Assembly: GCA_036172245.1 (NCBI GenBank)
Contig: JAYWIR010000013.1
Location: 1,922,001 to 1,986,000, forward strand
DNA: 64,000 nt
Direction: 5' to 3'
Origin: Raillietiella orientalis
Taxonomy: Eukaryota
In this document: piece by piece, positions 1-13,974 of the stretch
How the letters are laid out: each line of letters opens with the position of its first letter
Position numbering within the stretch: the stretch's first letter is position 1
Notes under the pieces: generated by a model
Seen by the model: the letters and a program-made list of their open reading frames with translations, nothing else
Told to the model about the DNA's origin: nothing
Databases searched by the model: none
Made by a program: the position numbers and the translations under genes

Positions 1-3000
1 AGTATATTTTAAATCAGGAAACGCTTAAATCATCTGCGGTTTTTCAAAGTACAACAGTATACCACTGCTTTGGGTGCAAATCATTAGTGATCAGAACTGA
101 AAAATGTAATCACTCTTTAAAGATGAATCATATTTTTTTATTTTAAACAAATTCACTACTTATGACAGGATACTGTCTTTTGTTTAGCTATAGATTTCTA
201 CATTATAAACTTGAAATTCATTTCTTAACAGCAGTTACCACACAAATAATACTGCAACAATACTAGAAGAACCAATTATATCAATAATGAAATTTTCATT
301 TTATTGAGACTTTCAGTTATTCAAAGGCAATATTTCAAATACAAAGATAAATAATTATAACAAAAATGAATGCGATAATTATTTATCTATTTAATAATAC
401 TGTATATTGTCCAGATATGCAAACTAATAATAATATAAAAGCATAAATAATGGCAGCCCAAAAGTCAACTAATGAAATTCTTCATACATCGAAGTTGGTC
501 ATGCCTATATGTCAATTAAGATCTTTAGAGCTCTAGAGGTATTTATTATCCATGATTTACTCCCATTAACATACGCATTTATTTAATTAACACAGGACAT
601 AAAAATATAAATATCAACAATGTATGAAATAACTTCAATTGAGTTCTTGACCCAATTATAGGTACAACAACAACACTTCCAAAATTATATTTTACCTTTA
701 GAATTGTTAACAAGAACTGTTATGTTTATCAATTACAATCAAGGTGATTCAATATGCTATGTCTATTCTCTTACACATTTTATAAGCTAATATCACGTTT
801 TTATATACAACTCTGTTTAATGCAAGGTAGTCTTTAAAATCTTTATACCACCTGAGGATCTTGAATCTTAAAACACATAATTTTTGAGGTTACCTATTTC
901 TAAAAACCATTCAAGCAGTCAAATTTTCAAAACCCGTACAAGCTGTTTTTGATTATTACATTTCATATCATTAAATCTGCAAATAATTTAAAAAATCAAT
1001 TATTAAAAAACAATTCTTCAAAGGAAAATATTTATATTCTACATAACTCAAATGATTACTGAACTACTTCTCAATAAAAATCAAGAAGGGACTACTACAT
1101 GATGTAGGAATCAAGAACATTAACTTGAAATATGTTGTACAAAATGACATGCACATTTATAAAAAATAGACATAATTGTATCTGAAATGTCACTGCATCA
1201 ACTGGTGTATGCTATTAATGATAGAATCAACTATTTAATTCCAGACTATCGTGTCTGAAGTAATAGTCTAAAATGAAATAATTTAAAATTACATGTGCAC
1301 ATGTGAACAGAAAATAGCACAATGTAAGGAAACTGTGTGAATCATCTTGAAAGGATCAAATATCAATGTTGCATATTAAGTTATCATACATTAACTTTTT
1401 AAAATAGTCATTCATATTCTTCACAAAAAAGAATCATTTTGAAAACAAATGAATAATACAATTAAATGTAAGTTGGCTTGCATAAAGTCACACATTAGTA
1501 GTACACTAATACATAATAATGAAGGATTTGAATATTAAGTAGCATTGCTTATGCAAGTTACAACTTCGAAAGGCTGCAACATACACAAAACACTCGACTC
1601 ATACATATTCAGTGCACATACACGGTTACTAACTTAACTGCTTACTTCATTATCTTTCAAAGAACGGGGAAGTAATTTCTGAATGACAACCGATTATAAC
1701 TCAAAAAAATTAGGTACACGAAATCAATGTCGTAGTTTTGAACCAGGTGTGAATTGCGTACAACAATTTCACATCTTACTACATCTAGATAGTTAAAATT
1801 TATTTGTTTTTATTCGAAACTATCTAATCTATAAGTGTTGCATCTACTAGGGACTAAAACACAATAATTTGCTTGGTACATCCCCACTACATGTTAACAG
1901 ATTTACCCAACAAAATCGTATACTTTAACAATAATGATTGGCTTGTAATAACTACCCTCATCCGAATTTTATGTTTTGGATGTATAACTCAATATAAAAC
2001 AATTTCATCGAAATTATTAATTTGAAAAATCATTTAGGAAAACTTCATCAGCAGTTCAACTAGATGTGCAACTTAATACCTCAGATTTCGACAGTTCTAC
2101 CACTATTAAATTGAATACGTTGTGCTACAAGTGTTAGTTTTTTGTTTTTTTGTTAGTTTCCTTTTGAATTTTGATGCATATCATAATTGCATGAAATTAA
2201 AAATCTAAAAAAAATGCATACTATGCTTTATGCAAAAAATTAAGTTAATTAAAAGTAAGATTTGACACTTTTAATACTATTTTAATTTTCTTAATCTACA
2301 AGCTCCTAATTGGAGTAATTGAAAAGTTAAAGCACTCTCAAGTACAAGATCACTTACACCGAAGACATTAATTTTCAAAAAGTAATGTCTTCTAGATAAT
2401 CTTTCTACTTAGTTCCTAACGTTACAAATTGTTGAATAATTTACAAACGCTCAACACATGAAGTTAGCATCTAAAACAAAAAACACGGAAATTCTGTATC
2501 TTACGAAAGCATCTTTCAGAAAATCCCCATCAGAAATAAAAATGAATTTTAGTTTAGAATTTTAATAAGCATCTATTGAAAAATATGCTTCCTCATCGTA
2601 CAGGCATAGATAGTGTTTGCAACTTACCTATCAGGATTTTTACATCCTTGATGCAAATATCTGTGAACTTAGCAAATTACTTAGATTTTATCTCCCCTAG
2701 CAATAGAGAGATCTTTAAATTACCCAAAAATAAATAGCTTCAGCATTTTGAAAACTGCTTGCATTCTGAGATTAAACGAGAATGGGTTTTTTAATTTGTG
2801 CTTAGGTTATAAAAATGACGGTTAAATCAAAATCAAATCGTCTTAAAGCGATTAATTCAGGTTATTAAGGAAGTGGGGCAGAAAAGACTGCAATATGCGA
2901 CCAAATAACCACATATTTACAAATATTTTACTGCCATTAGAGCTAGAATTTTGATTATAAATTATCCGGATAAGTGGAGCAGCAAAGTTCCAATTTCATA

Positions 3001-3671
3001 AACGTGAATGTTGACGATTCACTTATATTTATGAAATGAAAAGGAAGACGTTCTTGAGAATTTAGCAAATGCATTGATACATGATCCTTGAATAAATACA
3101 TGGCTTTATGGTTAGAAGAAAAATTCAAAATGATTTTATCAGGACCGGGTTTTACCTTATTAGCATATATAAATATTTCAAAATTTAAAATTATTATAGC
3201 AAATATGTATAAACAGAAACAAAATTCATATACTTTAGAGTGCTACAAGAGCAAAACATTTTCATCTTTATTGAATAATTCCTTCTTTGGATAATGCTTA
3301 GGCTCGATATTTTCCTATCGACTTGCGGAAAAGACACTACCTAAAAGGTGTCGCCGGAAATCCATGAATCATCAAGGTAACAATTTTTAATAAATAAATC
3401 CAGAACTGAACCTGGAAAGTTTCCTTGGCGAAAAGATGCTTAAACTTACACATCAGTTATTTACTTTTTTCCGATTTTTGATGCTATTCTTAAGAAAAAG
3501 AAAGCAGTTTCCACCGAGCGATGCTGCATTTCTTCTGAGACACAGCTGCATATTATGATAAAGTATCTCTGGAAGTATCTAGAGTAAGTTTATGCTGAAG
3601 TACGAAAATCCTTTCTTCGATTCCCTGGCATCTTGAAACAATGATTTTGTGAATGCTATCAAACGTCAGTT

Positions 3672-3674
<3 letters not shown>

Positions 3675-3704
<30 letters not shown>
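3675..3704. repeat. (TA)15 microsatellite
   Basis: Directly visible. Confidence 0.97.
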
Positions 3705-3707
<3 letters not shown>

Positions 3708-6700
3708 AAAAGGAACATTTTAACAAATTGTATTAAAGGATTTTTTTTTTTGCTGCCAAATTTACAATATGAAAAGTTCGGGTTAGGTGATGTTTGGGAT
3801 AGTCTTTCTATTTGTGTGTTTGCCTTTCAAACCTTAATCCGAATTATTCTGGTGAGAAACTTTACTACAGATTTTTTTAAAGCACAGGGAAAACTTCTCT
3901 GTTTTCCTAATGATGCAAATGGAAATGTTGCATTGGAAAAGGTGATGTAGCAGAAATAAAAATCATTCGGAGACTGCATAGAGTTTATTTCCTGTATTAG
4001 AAAATTGTTTTGTTGTTTCTAGAATGAAAGGTTGCTTTTTAAAGTGTGAGCAGCATCATTACGTAACCCAATTTTGATACCAAAAACTTTTTCCCTTGAG
4101 GAATGTACTGGAAAATTTTGAGAAAAATTAACTCTGTTGCTACAATGCAATGATTCGAGAGAGCAATCCTTTACTTTCATAGGTACTTTCATTAGGTTTG
4201 ATGATCGGAAAAAAAAAAAAACATTGTACATAGTGCAAACTGTTGGGAAATTTTTACTAACTTGGATAGGAAACCTCGAGGTCATTTGCAGAAGTGATTT
4301 GAAAACATACGACTTGGAAAGGACAATTTTCATTTTCTTCTCTTCACAGGCTACATGTGAGAAATTTAATGGTGGTGTTTGAATTTCATGAAGGACAGTT
4401 CACTGGGCTGATCCTGACAAGCTATGAGGACGTGCTCGTAGTAGCAGAACAAAATCAGAAATTCGTGAAAATATAGAACAAAGTGTGTGTGCATGGGTTT
4501 CGATCATGCAGCCTAATGTGGAAAAGCAGCAGTGGCTAAAGAGATTTCTTTGTGTTGTGGAATATCCGAAAATGGAAAAATTCCGCATTTCGTACTTGGG
4601 AAATGAAGTCAGTAAATTGCGCACTCTCAAATAGTGGCCAAAATGTATTCCTTTCACTTGTTTTGTCCGACGATTCGTGATTACTAAACGTTTGGACTGT
4701 GTTCTGATTGGAGCAAGAATTTTTTTATGGTTCTCCATCTTGATTTTGGGTACTCCATTTTTGGTTCTTCCATTGCATTGATTTTTTTCTCTCTATGATT
4801 TCATAAAGGGAAAATGCTGCTCTCATGTCAGGTTACCAATGTTGTCACAATACTTTTTATGTTGCCAACTATTTGGGATCAATCCCATTTGTATCGATAA
4901 AAATCCATTGACTTCCTGTCATCCACTGACTACTCAATGATTTACTCGAAAACTGCAACCTGGGTTCGATTTTACTGGCATGCATTTCTTGATCCTATGC
5001 ATTATATTAAATCGGTATTTCAGTGGTAAACGAATTGTTTGTGTACGGTCTTTTTGCGCAGGTATTTCATCTTTCTGGAAGCCTGTAGCAGTAAAACGTA
5101 TTGATCGGAAACGAAATGTGTTCTTGAGAGGTGCAGGTTGCCCATGGCAATTCTGGTTTTCTTCCGTTTCAGAAGTTTTCCGTATAAACGTGTCATTGTG
5201 AACCTGACTTTGCCTTGCCTAATAAGTCACAGGAAGAGGTGGTTTGTAGCGTACTCCGAATCTCCAAAGGTACATGCAGATCGAAAATTACTGTTACAGA
5301 AGAATTCTCGTCTATGGTATTTATGACTCCCCTCTGTTGCAGACTTTTCATTTCCCTGTAAAGGGCTCATTGGAATGCAGTGCACTCAGATTAGCATTCC
5401 TGCGGAATGATGAATTAAATTCAGAAGCAGCATGAAAATTAAGCGGAAATGATCACATCTAATATCATCAGTTGATGTGTTTCCATTTGACGTGAAAGCC
5501 TTTTTTTTTTGTTTTTGTTTTTTTTTCCGCAGCAAGACTATGTGTGCCTTGCCTTGAACAGATACACCAATATACCACTCTAGAAAAAGAATAACGATTT
5601 TTTTCTTTTTTTTTCCGTTCACATGCATTTATAGTTTGAGCGTTTTCGTGACCACCACTTCTCAGGTATCTCGTGAGACAAGATACCTGAGAAGCACCTA
5701 AAGTTGGCATCTCTGCCGTGCATACGCTGGCTCTGATTTCTACAGTGCAGCTAGAAATTCTTTTCTTACGGAATTCAGTATGTGAATGTATGCCCGCCCC
5801 CGATGAGCATTGCTGTCTACTCGTGTCGACACATTTCTGTACGTGCCTAAGAAAAAAAAAACTTTTGTTAATCGAGAAATGTACAAGTGTGCGTAAATGA
5901 CGAAGGGTGCGAGCGAAAGACGATGAGGACATCGCCAAAAACTTCCTCGAATTTTTTTCTTTGGGGGGGGGGGGGGGAAGGGTCGAGAAAGGTCGACAGG
6001 AGCAGCAACATCTTACCTGTCAGGGAATCCTTCTGCCAAGAACGGCGATGGCGGAAAGCTGTCTTGACCAGCAACCTTGGATTCCGACCCATGCTGGAGT
6101 TCCGAACCGGAGACCTAATGCCCTTAAACAGTGAAGAAAGAGGCTGCGAAGGCAGGTGATGCAGCATCTGATAGGACTCAGACTGCAAACGCGGCATCAT
6201 TTGCTGATCCCAACGCGGGAGCTCTGTCCACCTTTCATTCACTGCAGGCATCTTTTCCCATCCAGCCGGAAAAAAAGAAAAAAAAAGAATAGAAAAGAAG
6301 GAGACATCTAAAAAAGGGAGCACCTGCGGTGGAATAGCACGTTGTTGATCGTGGTGTTCGAGAGGCGAACACACTTGAGCAACATCCGAAAACTGTCCTT
6401 ACACCCGCAGTGACCTCCACTGACCATGCAACTACAGACCACCGATCCCATCCTCCCGCCTCCACTCACCTTGTTTCTGTAATACCGTCATTCTTCAGAA
6501 TTGAAAGCGTGAAAGTCCGCACCACACCCCGTTTTACCCCGCATCCGGTGTGACGTTACTCCTGTCCCTGGGAAATGACGAGGGGCTTTTCGGGCCTGGT
6601 CTGGTAAAGGACAGCGGCTGAAGACGTCACTCGTGGGGAACCGGAGCTCAGCAGGAAAGAGACTTCCGGAAGCTCCTGCTGCGGAATGTCTTTGGCAGGG

Positions 6701-6899
6701 CGGAAGGGGACACTATGCGCCATCGCACGCATCCTTCAGAGATTCCAGAGAAGGAAACTCAAGATGGCGTTCGAAGGGGAGAAAGCAGGGTAGGAAGGAA
6801 GTGACCAGGACTGCGAATCGGCTGACGAATCGAAATGGAAAGTGGTAGGTTCGTCTGCTCTGCGCGGGAGGCCTTGGCGTCCAGCCGGAGTGGGCAGAG

Positions 6900-9420
6900 G
6901 AGACTGCAAGGGACCGAAACGTGCGGGCGCAGTGGCGACTCTTGGATTTGCCTTCCTCCTTGAGGGAGCTGCTCCCGTCTGAGCGGCAGTGTGGAGGGAA
7001 GGGGGCGAGCTTTCCGGCGCGGAACAGCAGGCAGAGAGCACGTAAAAGGAGGCTTTGCAAGGCGCACGCGTAGGGGTGGTCTTTGGCAATGGGTGGGCAC
7101 GGCTCCTGCCAAGCACGAACCGCTGCACGCGGTGGTCAGTCAGTCGGACCACTCCGACCGCGTGACCCAGAACGGAGGATCGTTAGCACGCCCATCTCCG
7201 TCGAGTGGAGTGCGAAGGATGGCCGGACCGGGTGCGGAGGCCCTCGCGATCGAGCCACACACTCTGGCATCCGTGGAGCCCCCTGATTCTCCTCTTCTCC
7301 CCACATCTCCAGCTGAAGTGGGTGCGGCCCGCCCGAAGACCACGGATGGGTACACGCCCGGGAGAGGCGCCCGCTGGCCGGTCGGGTTGGACCAGCGACT
7401 CCAGCAGGCGTGCGGGACGCCAGAACCGGAAATCGACCAGCAGTCCGCCTCCTGGTGTACTGTACATGGACAGCCCAGCGAGTTGCGGACGCGGCGAACG
7501 TCTAGGTGACCTCCTTCCAGGAGCGGATTCCGGAGCAGAGGAAGCTCTGACATAGGAAGCGCGAACCTCGATTGATTCCCACTTCGAACCAACTCCAGGG
7601 TGCAGAAATAGGCATCACCACACCCTGCTTTCCCCAAGAGTTCACGGGAGGGATCACTCAGATCGTTCTGCCTCGACAGCCCCGCACCTGACGTCTGATG
7701 CCTGCGCGGTCGGGGACGCCGGTGAAACTGTCCGCTCAACAACAAACCCACTTTAGGGATCTCCGCACGCGGCGCTGGCGTCTTTTGACCGGAAGCTGCC
7801 CTCCACCCCAGAAGGATGCATTCCGTTCGCGTGCGCGCGCGCAGGCAACTCACAAGCATGGGCGACCTGGAGTCAGGACAACCGGGATGAAATGGAAGCA
7901 ACTCTTCATCCGGCCCAATCTTTTCCCGTTCTGACACGTTCGTTACTTTGGGCGCAGTTCCAGCCCTTCCGCTGGCGTCGCCACTCGCGCTGCCTCTGAC
8001 ACGGAGGACGAATTGTATAGAGGGTCGAAGGTCATGAGAAGTGGTGGTTCCGACCCAGAAGGGTGCTTCCCGCGAACGTTGGAGCTCGCCAACTCCTCCT
8101 TCAAGAGCTCCACCTGCGCCTTTCCTCGAATCTCTTGAATACCAACCTCCCAGAAATCCCGAACCCGGCACTTCCATCAGCTAAGGGGGAGGGGGGAGAG
8201 AAACAGCTGGCTGCCCTCCTGCCAAGCGCTCCCTGCGGAGGCCGGGAACTCCAGCGACGCACTCAGGAAATGTCGAGCACGAGAGCCCGCGCCTCATCCG
8301 GGCGGTGGGCGGGCACCACTGGGCCGGCCCGAAGTTCCGCTTCCGGTTCTTGGTGGTCAGGGAGCCTCCAGGTGGCCGGATCGCTCGATTCGGAAGCTAA
8401 GAGGTAGCTTGGCAACGTGGGAGGGGAGGAGGGCTGGGGGCGAGATTTTCTTCCTCCCGAGGAGTCGCACATCGGGGAGCGACTCTATGGGTGGCCAGGC
8501 GAGCTTCTGCCCGCCACTGAATCCGCTCTCTCTTTCTGAGGAGGGACTCCTCAGAAAGAGAGTTCTAAGAAGCCCCAACCCCTCCTGGCAATGGTCGTTT
8601 CGTGACTCTAGGCGCTTGGGAGCCACCGAAAGCAACGAGGGAGACAAACGGAGGCAGCTCGGGTCCCCCGCTGCTGGGAAACTCTAGGCTTGAGTTGCCC
8701 AGCCCAACAGCTCACCCCTCAACGGAAGGTCCTGCACAGGGAAAGCAGTAGCTCCCAAGAAAAAAGGATGCGCGCCCGCAGGAGTTTTCCTGCCAGTGCC
8801 TTGTCGGAAAGGTTTGCGGAAAGGTCCACGCATCGCGCGGACTCATCTCTAGCATCCTCACAGGCCTCCTTCGTCGGATTTTGAGGGAATGGAAACATCA
8901 CCTCTGGATACGCGCTTTCAAATAAACGGGCCAGTTTCGCAAGGATGCAGCGATTCGCTGTTGATGGAAGGCTCTGACGTTCCATCCTGGAGTGTGGACT
9001 GGAAGCACGGGAAACATCTCTCTATGGAGGGGGGTGGGGGGAAGGGGAAGGTGGAGGAAAAAAAATTCTCTCTGCAGGTCAGGTCCGCTCGGCAGCTCCA
9101 TCCAACAGCCACCTCCCGTTCGGTTCAGGGAGTGTGCGGATCACCAAGAATCCCGAGTCCTTGCACGGTGTTTCCCTTTGAGTCATTTCAAAACTCTTCC
9201 GGGACTTCCGTGGAGGGAATTCGCCCTTCCAGATGACATCGCTCCAGTAAAAGTGCATCCCCGGGAAGGGCGAAACTCTCCTCAAGAACATGAAGGGTGT
9301 CGGGATGAGCGGCCTCGTCCGGTTTCGCAAGCGAGAGTTCTGCTTCTGTACCGCTACGGCTCGCTGACGCGCCGAAATTCACCCCCAAGTAGCTGCAGAG
9401 GATGACCCATCTCCGGGAAG
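6900..9420 (-). mobile_element. Cluster of decayed L1/Tx1-like ORF2 C-terminal fragments
   Basis: Remnants WSDVIWKGEFPPRKSRKSFEMTQRETPCK (9.15-9.3 kb), QEGLGLL (8.58 kb), ELPLLRNPLL (7.53 kb) and QRFVLGRSRAHPLPKT...CCSAPES (7.0-7.13 kb). Motif-level similarity only. Confidence 0.4.
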
Positions 9421-10356
9421 AGCTCCAGTGCTCATCGGAAAGGCCACAGTTGGGAGTTCTGCGTGCCTTCTCGAAGAAGCAGGGGAGAAACGCTTCCCGG
9501 AAGACGCCGTCTCGAGTTGAGGTTCGCACTGTACACGGGTAGGCTGCGCGGCAGATGCCGGACTCTGCCGTCCTCGTGCAAGGATGAACCGGGATCGAAT
9601 CCTTCAGATTGGGTGTACTGTCACTTGAAACCACATTCGATCCCCAGATCAGCGCACACGGAATCATTACCCGAGCTTCCCTAAAGTCCAACACCAGCTC
9701 TTGTGTGTTCGACTGCTTCCGACCCCGGGGGCCTACCTTCTCTACCTGCGCATGCGCATTTTCTCTGCTCGCCAGAGTCACCCCTAGCCTGCCGATCGGG
9801 CGTGGTGATTGTCTCCTTTTGCTTCAAAATTTCGAACAACGAAATTTAGAGACCAAAACCCCGAAAATCAAAATCCGGAACGAGAACAAAAAAATATATA
9901 TACATGTTTATTGTATACATTAATATATACAATAGATACAAACTGAATAACTACCTGAACATCGAATTATAAATGCATATATTGATCAAACCATCAAAGT
10001 CCCGACAACGGAATTCAACAATTGTTGAGGAAGTCTTATTTGTTGAGTGTTGGAAATGACAGGAAAACGAAATACCAAGTTTTTTTTTTCGCTTTTTTAA
10101 TTCGTTTGTTTTTTACATTTTCTTCCATTATTTTTATTTTTTGTAATTAGAGATTTATATGTGCATTCAACATATATAAGTATATGTAATAAACATGTGT
10201 ATCCATTTTTATAATATTGATAATATATTAATAATACATACTGATGCATGTCATTAATTATAACAATAAAGACGTATGTCGAAATAAATTTGCACATTAA
10301 TTCATATATAAGTATACACATGCATATGCATAGAAACATAAATGTATACTAATGTG

Positions 10357-10422
<66 letters not shown>
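10357..10422. repeat. Compound (TA)10(TG)23 microsatellite
   Basis: Directly visible. Confidence 0.97.
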
Positions 10423-10425
<3 letters not shown>

Positions 10426-11699
10426 TTTTGTCCGTTGCCGACAGCAACTGTGTATTTATTTTTAGTGATTTTTCGGGATTTTGATGGGCACCGTTTTTTA
10501 AGACCTTCGAGCTGGGTGGATGCTCCTGCGATATCGGTGTCGCACTCATTCAGTGTGACACGACACAGCAACCTCAGTTCAGGTCGGTTTGTTATCCGAT
10601 CTTTGGTTCATGCTGCCATGCAACGGTCCGTTTACAGATCAGGAAAACGAAAACAAAAAAAATCTGGACAGCAGTCACCTTAAGCGAATATTTGGTCAGA
10701 GGATGGTGTCACAAGCTTTTTCCCTGCTGCCGTTCTCCCCCTCCATTCATCCTGTAATTAGGATCCGCAACCTCATAGGTTACATTCGAGCGCGTGCTTG
10801 GCGAACAGACGTAGCCACCTTGGGAACTCCTCAGCAACGAGGATGGAACAAACTCTCTTTCCAAAGAAAAGATTCGCATGCGGTCACGGGAGGCGTACAT
10901 CATCGTCGATGGCACTTGAACTCGTCCCCTGCTTCCGAGGAACAGACACGGAGTTGTACGAATAGAAAAAATGCACTGCGCAAACCTCAGCTTTCTTTCC
11001 TGCCACCGTGGACACGCGTGCTCACGATTAAAGAATTTTTCCATGTTATTCCCGCCATGAAAATTATCCCGGAGATTATCGCTTTCGTCAGTAAGTGTAT
11101 GGTGTAAATTTACTTTGTGTACAGATGTAACAGAATGTGGGCAATCGAGTTTTTTAACAGCCGGGAGAACACCACTTGTGCGGACGAAGAGAAGGCGATG
11201 ATCCTCAAGCCGAAGCGAATCCAAAACTCGAAAAGCCCTTTTTATAGGATGGATGTTCTTCAGCTTCAGTAGCGCATCTCTTGAACGCGTCTCGGTTTGG
11301 AGAAACACCGGATGAGCACCGCAAACCTCCAAACGCCTGGAACCGCGTGCGTGGGAGTTTGAGATCGAACGCTTCCACAGCTCACGCCATCAGTGTAACG
11401 GCGAGAGCGTGTTCGCCCTCGTGTTGCTCAAGTGTTTTCTCTTTCCGAGAAGTCTCGCTGCTCTTTAAGTGCAAGTGGGTGCCTCAGACTCCCTCTCTTT
11501 CCCTTCACGGCCGGGACGTCTCGGAAACAGTCATGTTCCGAGCTTCAAGACCTGGGAGCCGAAGGTTCCCTGAGGCTGTGGTTTACCTGCTTTCTATGGC
11601 CGGTCGCAATGCACTCGTTTGACCAGATCTTTGCTAAAGTTCGCTTCCTGGAAGGGTGAATTGTCGAAGGGCCAGCAGCGATTTAGGAATGATTGACTG

Positions 11700-12150
11700 C
11701 AGCAGAAATGACCAAACTCGTCCAGACCAACAGGTCGCCGTCACATCCCAAACGGCAGCAAACGGACCGAGGACCCGCCACTGCGATCGCGAAGCACGCC
11801 CAAAGGCATCTGCATCTCAGCGCTTCCTTGGCATTTACCGGGGAGGAACCTGCGGACGTTTGTCTCGCTGATCTGCGTCCACCTTGGCCGTCGGCCCGCG
11901 AGGGGTCCGTGGAACACTCTCGCCATCTCGGAGCCGGTGGGACGGATTCTGACCCAGTGGGCATACGGGACGAGCAACGCAGGGAGGGCGGTTGCGCCAC
12001 CGGCCCCCGATCGGTGGTCATCACGAAACGTTCTGTTCTGGACGAGGAAAAACGCCCCCGGAACGGGCAGGCCCTCTGCCCGGCCACGAGTGAGAAACCA
12101 CCGCCATCCACGCTCGGTCAGCATGGATCACGTGAGCCACGGAAACGTCA
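11700..12150 (-). mobile_element. Possible decayed LINE apurinic endonuclease fragment
   Basis: LLVPYAH..PTGSEMARVFHGPLAGRRPRWTQISETN loosely resembles NVYAP..ERxxFF..L....GDFN. Confidence 0.25.
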
Positions 12151-13170
12151 GAAAGCCAGACCAGAGCGGCTCACGTGGACAGCCGAAACGCGTGGAGGTG
12201 GTTGCCAAGCGCCGAAGGCCTCCTTTGGATTCGAGCAGCAACGAAGAGCAGGAAGGATCCGGAAGGCTGCACGGCCGTTCCCGTTCACGGGGAACGCACC
12301 CGGTTGCACATTCCCCCGACGGCTCGCCCGCCACGAGCCGTGGCGCATCTGGCGCTCGGGCTTCGCTCTCCGCCTCCTCGTGAGCTCGCCGCTGTTGTCT
12401 TCAGTGCATTCCGGAGGCGCTTTTCCCGATCAGCGGAAACGATAAAATACCTGTGCAGCGGATGGCGCAGATGTTTTGCCGCCCGACCGCGATAACGCGC
12501 TGCTCGGCGGCTCCCTGGGAGAGCAGCTCGGCAGCCAATAACCACTCTGCTCCCCCTCTGCGAGGCAGCGCCATTTCCACCCGTTCGGTCGACTCGCGTT
12601 GTTAAATTACAGGAAAGCGGAAACAAAGTTCCTTCACCTAAGAGCCGAAAGCCGGGACAATCAATTATTAATTGCCAAAAAAGAGAAAGAAAGAAAGGAT
12701 GGCATTCTATCGAGTAGAAAGAGAGCTGGGTAGCGCATGTGCGGCGAGGTTGCGACAACCAAGCGCGGCGAGTGCAGACGGGAGAGATTCCGGCGATTCG
12801 CCCGAAAGATATCCGCGATCTCTCGTCCACGGAAACCTGGAAAGGTGGTGGTGAAAAGCGCGGCAGGAAGACGCCCACCCGATTTGCCGAGCTCAGAAAC
12901 GGCCGCTTCGGGGGGTCGATGAAAGCGAAGCAAAAGTGCAGCCCCGTCTAGTGCATGGTTGCAAACAAGCAAGCAAGCACAAGCTCATACATTGGAGTAA
13001 TGAGACGAGATTACACCACGACGATCACTGTTTGTGTGAATCACCATGCACTTGGGAACGCTGGTTGTTTTTGTTTTCTTCCTAAGCGGGACCGCCCACA
13101 AAACGATGCGGAAACATTTGGCCCAGTAGAGCTTGGAAAGAAGGATGGCAACTCCCAACTGCAGACCCGA

Positions 13171-13875
13171 GTTGGCGGCCGTGTGGCTGCGGTCTCCGGG
13201 CGCTATGGTACCAAGCGTTGTCCATTCGAATCCCGCACGAGAAAGCGTCGACGCCAAAGAGATGGGTGCACCGTGGGTTTCGAGCCCCCCCCCCCCCATC
13301 CCCGCTGGTTAGCCTTGGGTGAGGCACCGGTGGAAGCTCGAAGCCCCCAGATGCACCCCGTTGAGTGAGTCACCGGTATTGGAAGTCGACCCTCCTATGT
13401 CCTCCTAGGAATCAGGGAGCTGGTTCTCTTCGCGGTTACCCCCTCCAGTAATAAAAATGGAACCGTACCATGGAGTTCGTTGATATTCCCCCTCGGGGAC
13501 TCGCCTCTCCAATTTTAGTATATGTACAGCCGAAGCGTGTATCTCTCCGTGTAAGAAGCGCGCTGCTCCCTTCGGAGAGCGGACTCTTCAAAGAAATCCG
13601 GAAGCGACCCTTCCGGGTTCTCTCCAGAGGAGGAGGAAACAGGGAGCGGTTTCCTTGCGGGTGCCCTTTGGAGAAGAAAAAATGGAGCGGACCCCACAGA
13701 CCGGGGGATCCCTCCGGAGAGAATGAGGAAGACAACTAGGGCGAGGGTTCCCTTCCTGAATTCATAGGGTGCTCCCTACAACTTGAAGATGCACCCACTG
13801 GTGTCGTGGACGGTGCTTAAAGAGTTTCGTGTGCCTCCCCAAGGAGGCGGACGGTTCTTCAGCACTCCTTGAGAC
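13171..13875 (+). mobile_element. tRNA-derived SINE, apparently full-length copy (family A)
   Basis: Head GGCCGTGTGGCTGCGG...CCATTCGAATCCC is box A/B-like. The body is shared with 49530-50245 (cggaagcg-cccttc-gggttctct-cagaggag; ccctccggagagaatgaggaag). The 3' end cggttcttcagcactccttg is followed by C and A15 runs. Confidence 0.75.
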
Positions 13876-13974
13876 TCCCCCTCCCCCCCCAAAAAAAAAA
13901 AAAAACGAAAGAAAAAAAGCCGAAAGGAAAGCAGCGAAAACAGAAGAACCCCAAAGAAAGTTCCACCATCATAG

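Noticed and set aside
6262..6295. Pyrimidine tracts ending without AG, hinting at non-canonical splicing
   Set aside because: All introns in the two well-supported gene models are canonical, and homopolymer runs are common throughout the window.
7140..8177. 345-aa minus-strand ORF as a host gene
   Set aside because: No host-protein domain; it contains only LINE-like remnants and a composition typical of spurious GC-rich frames.
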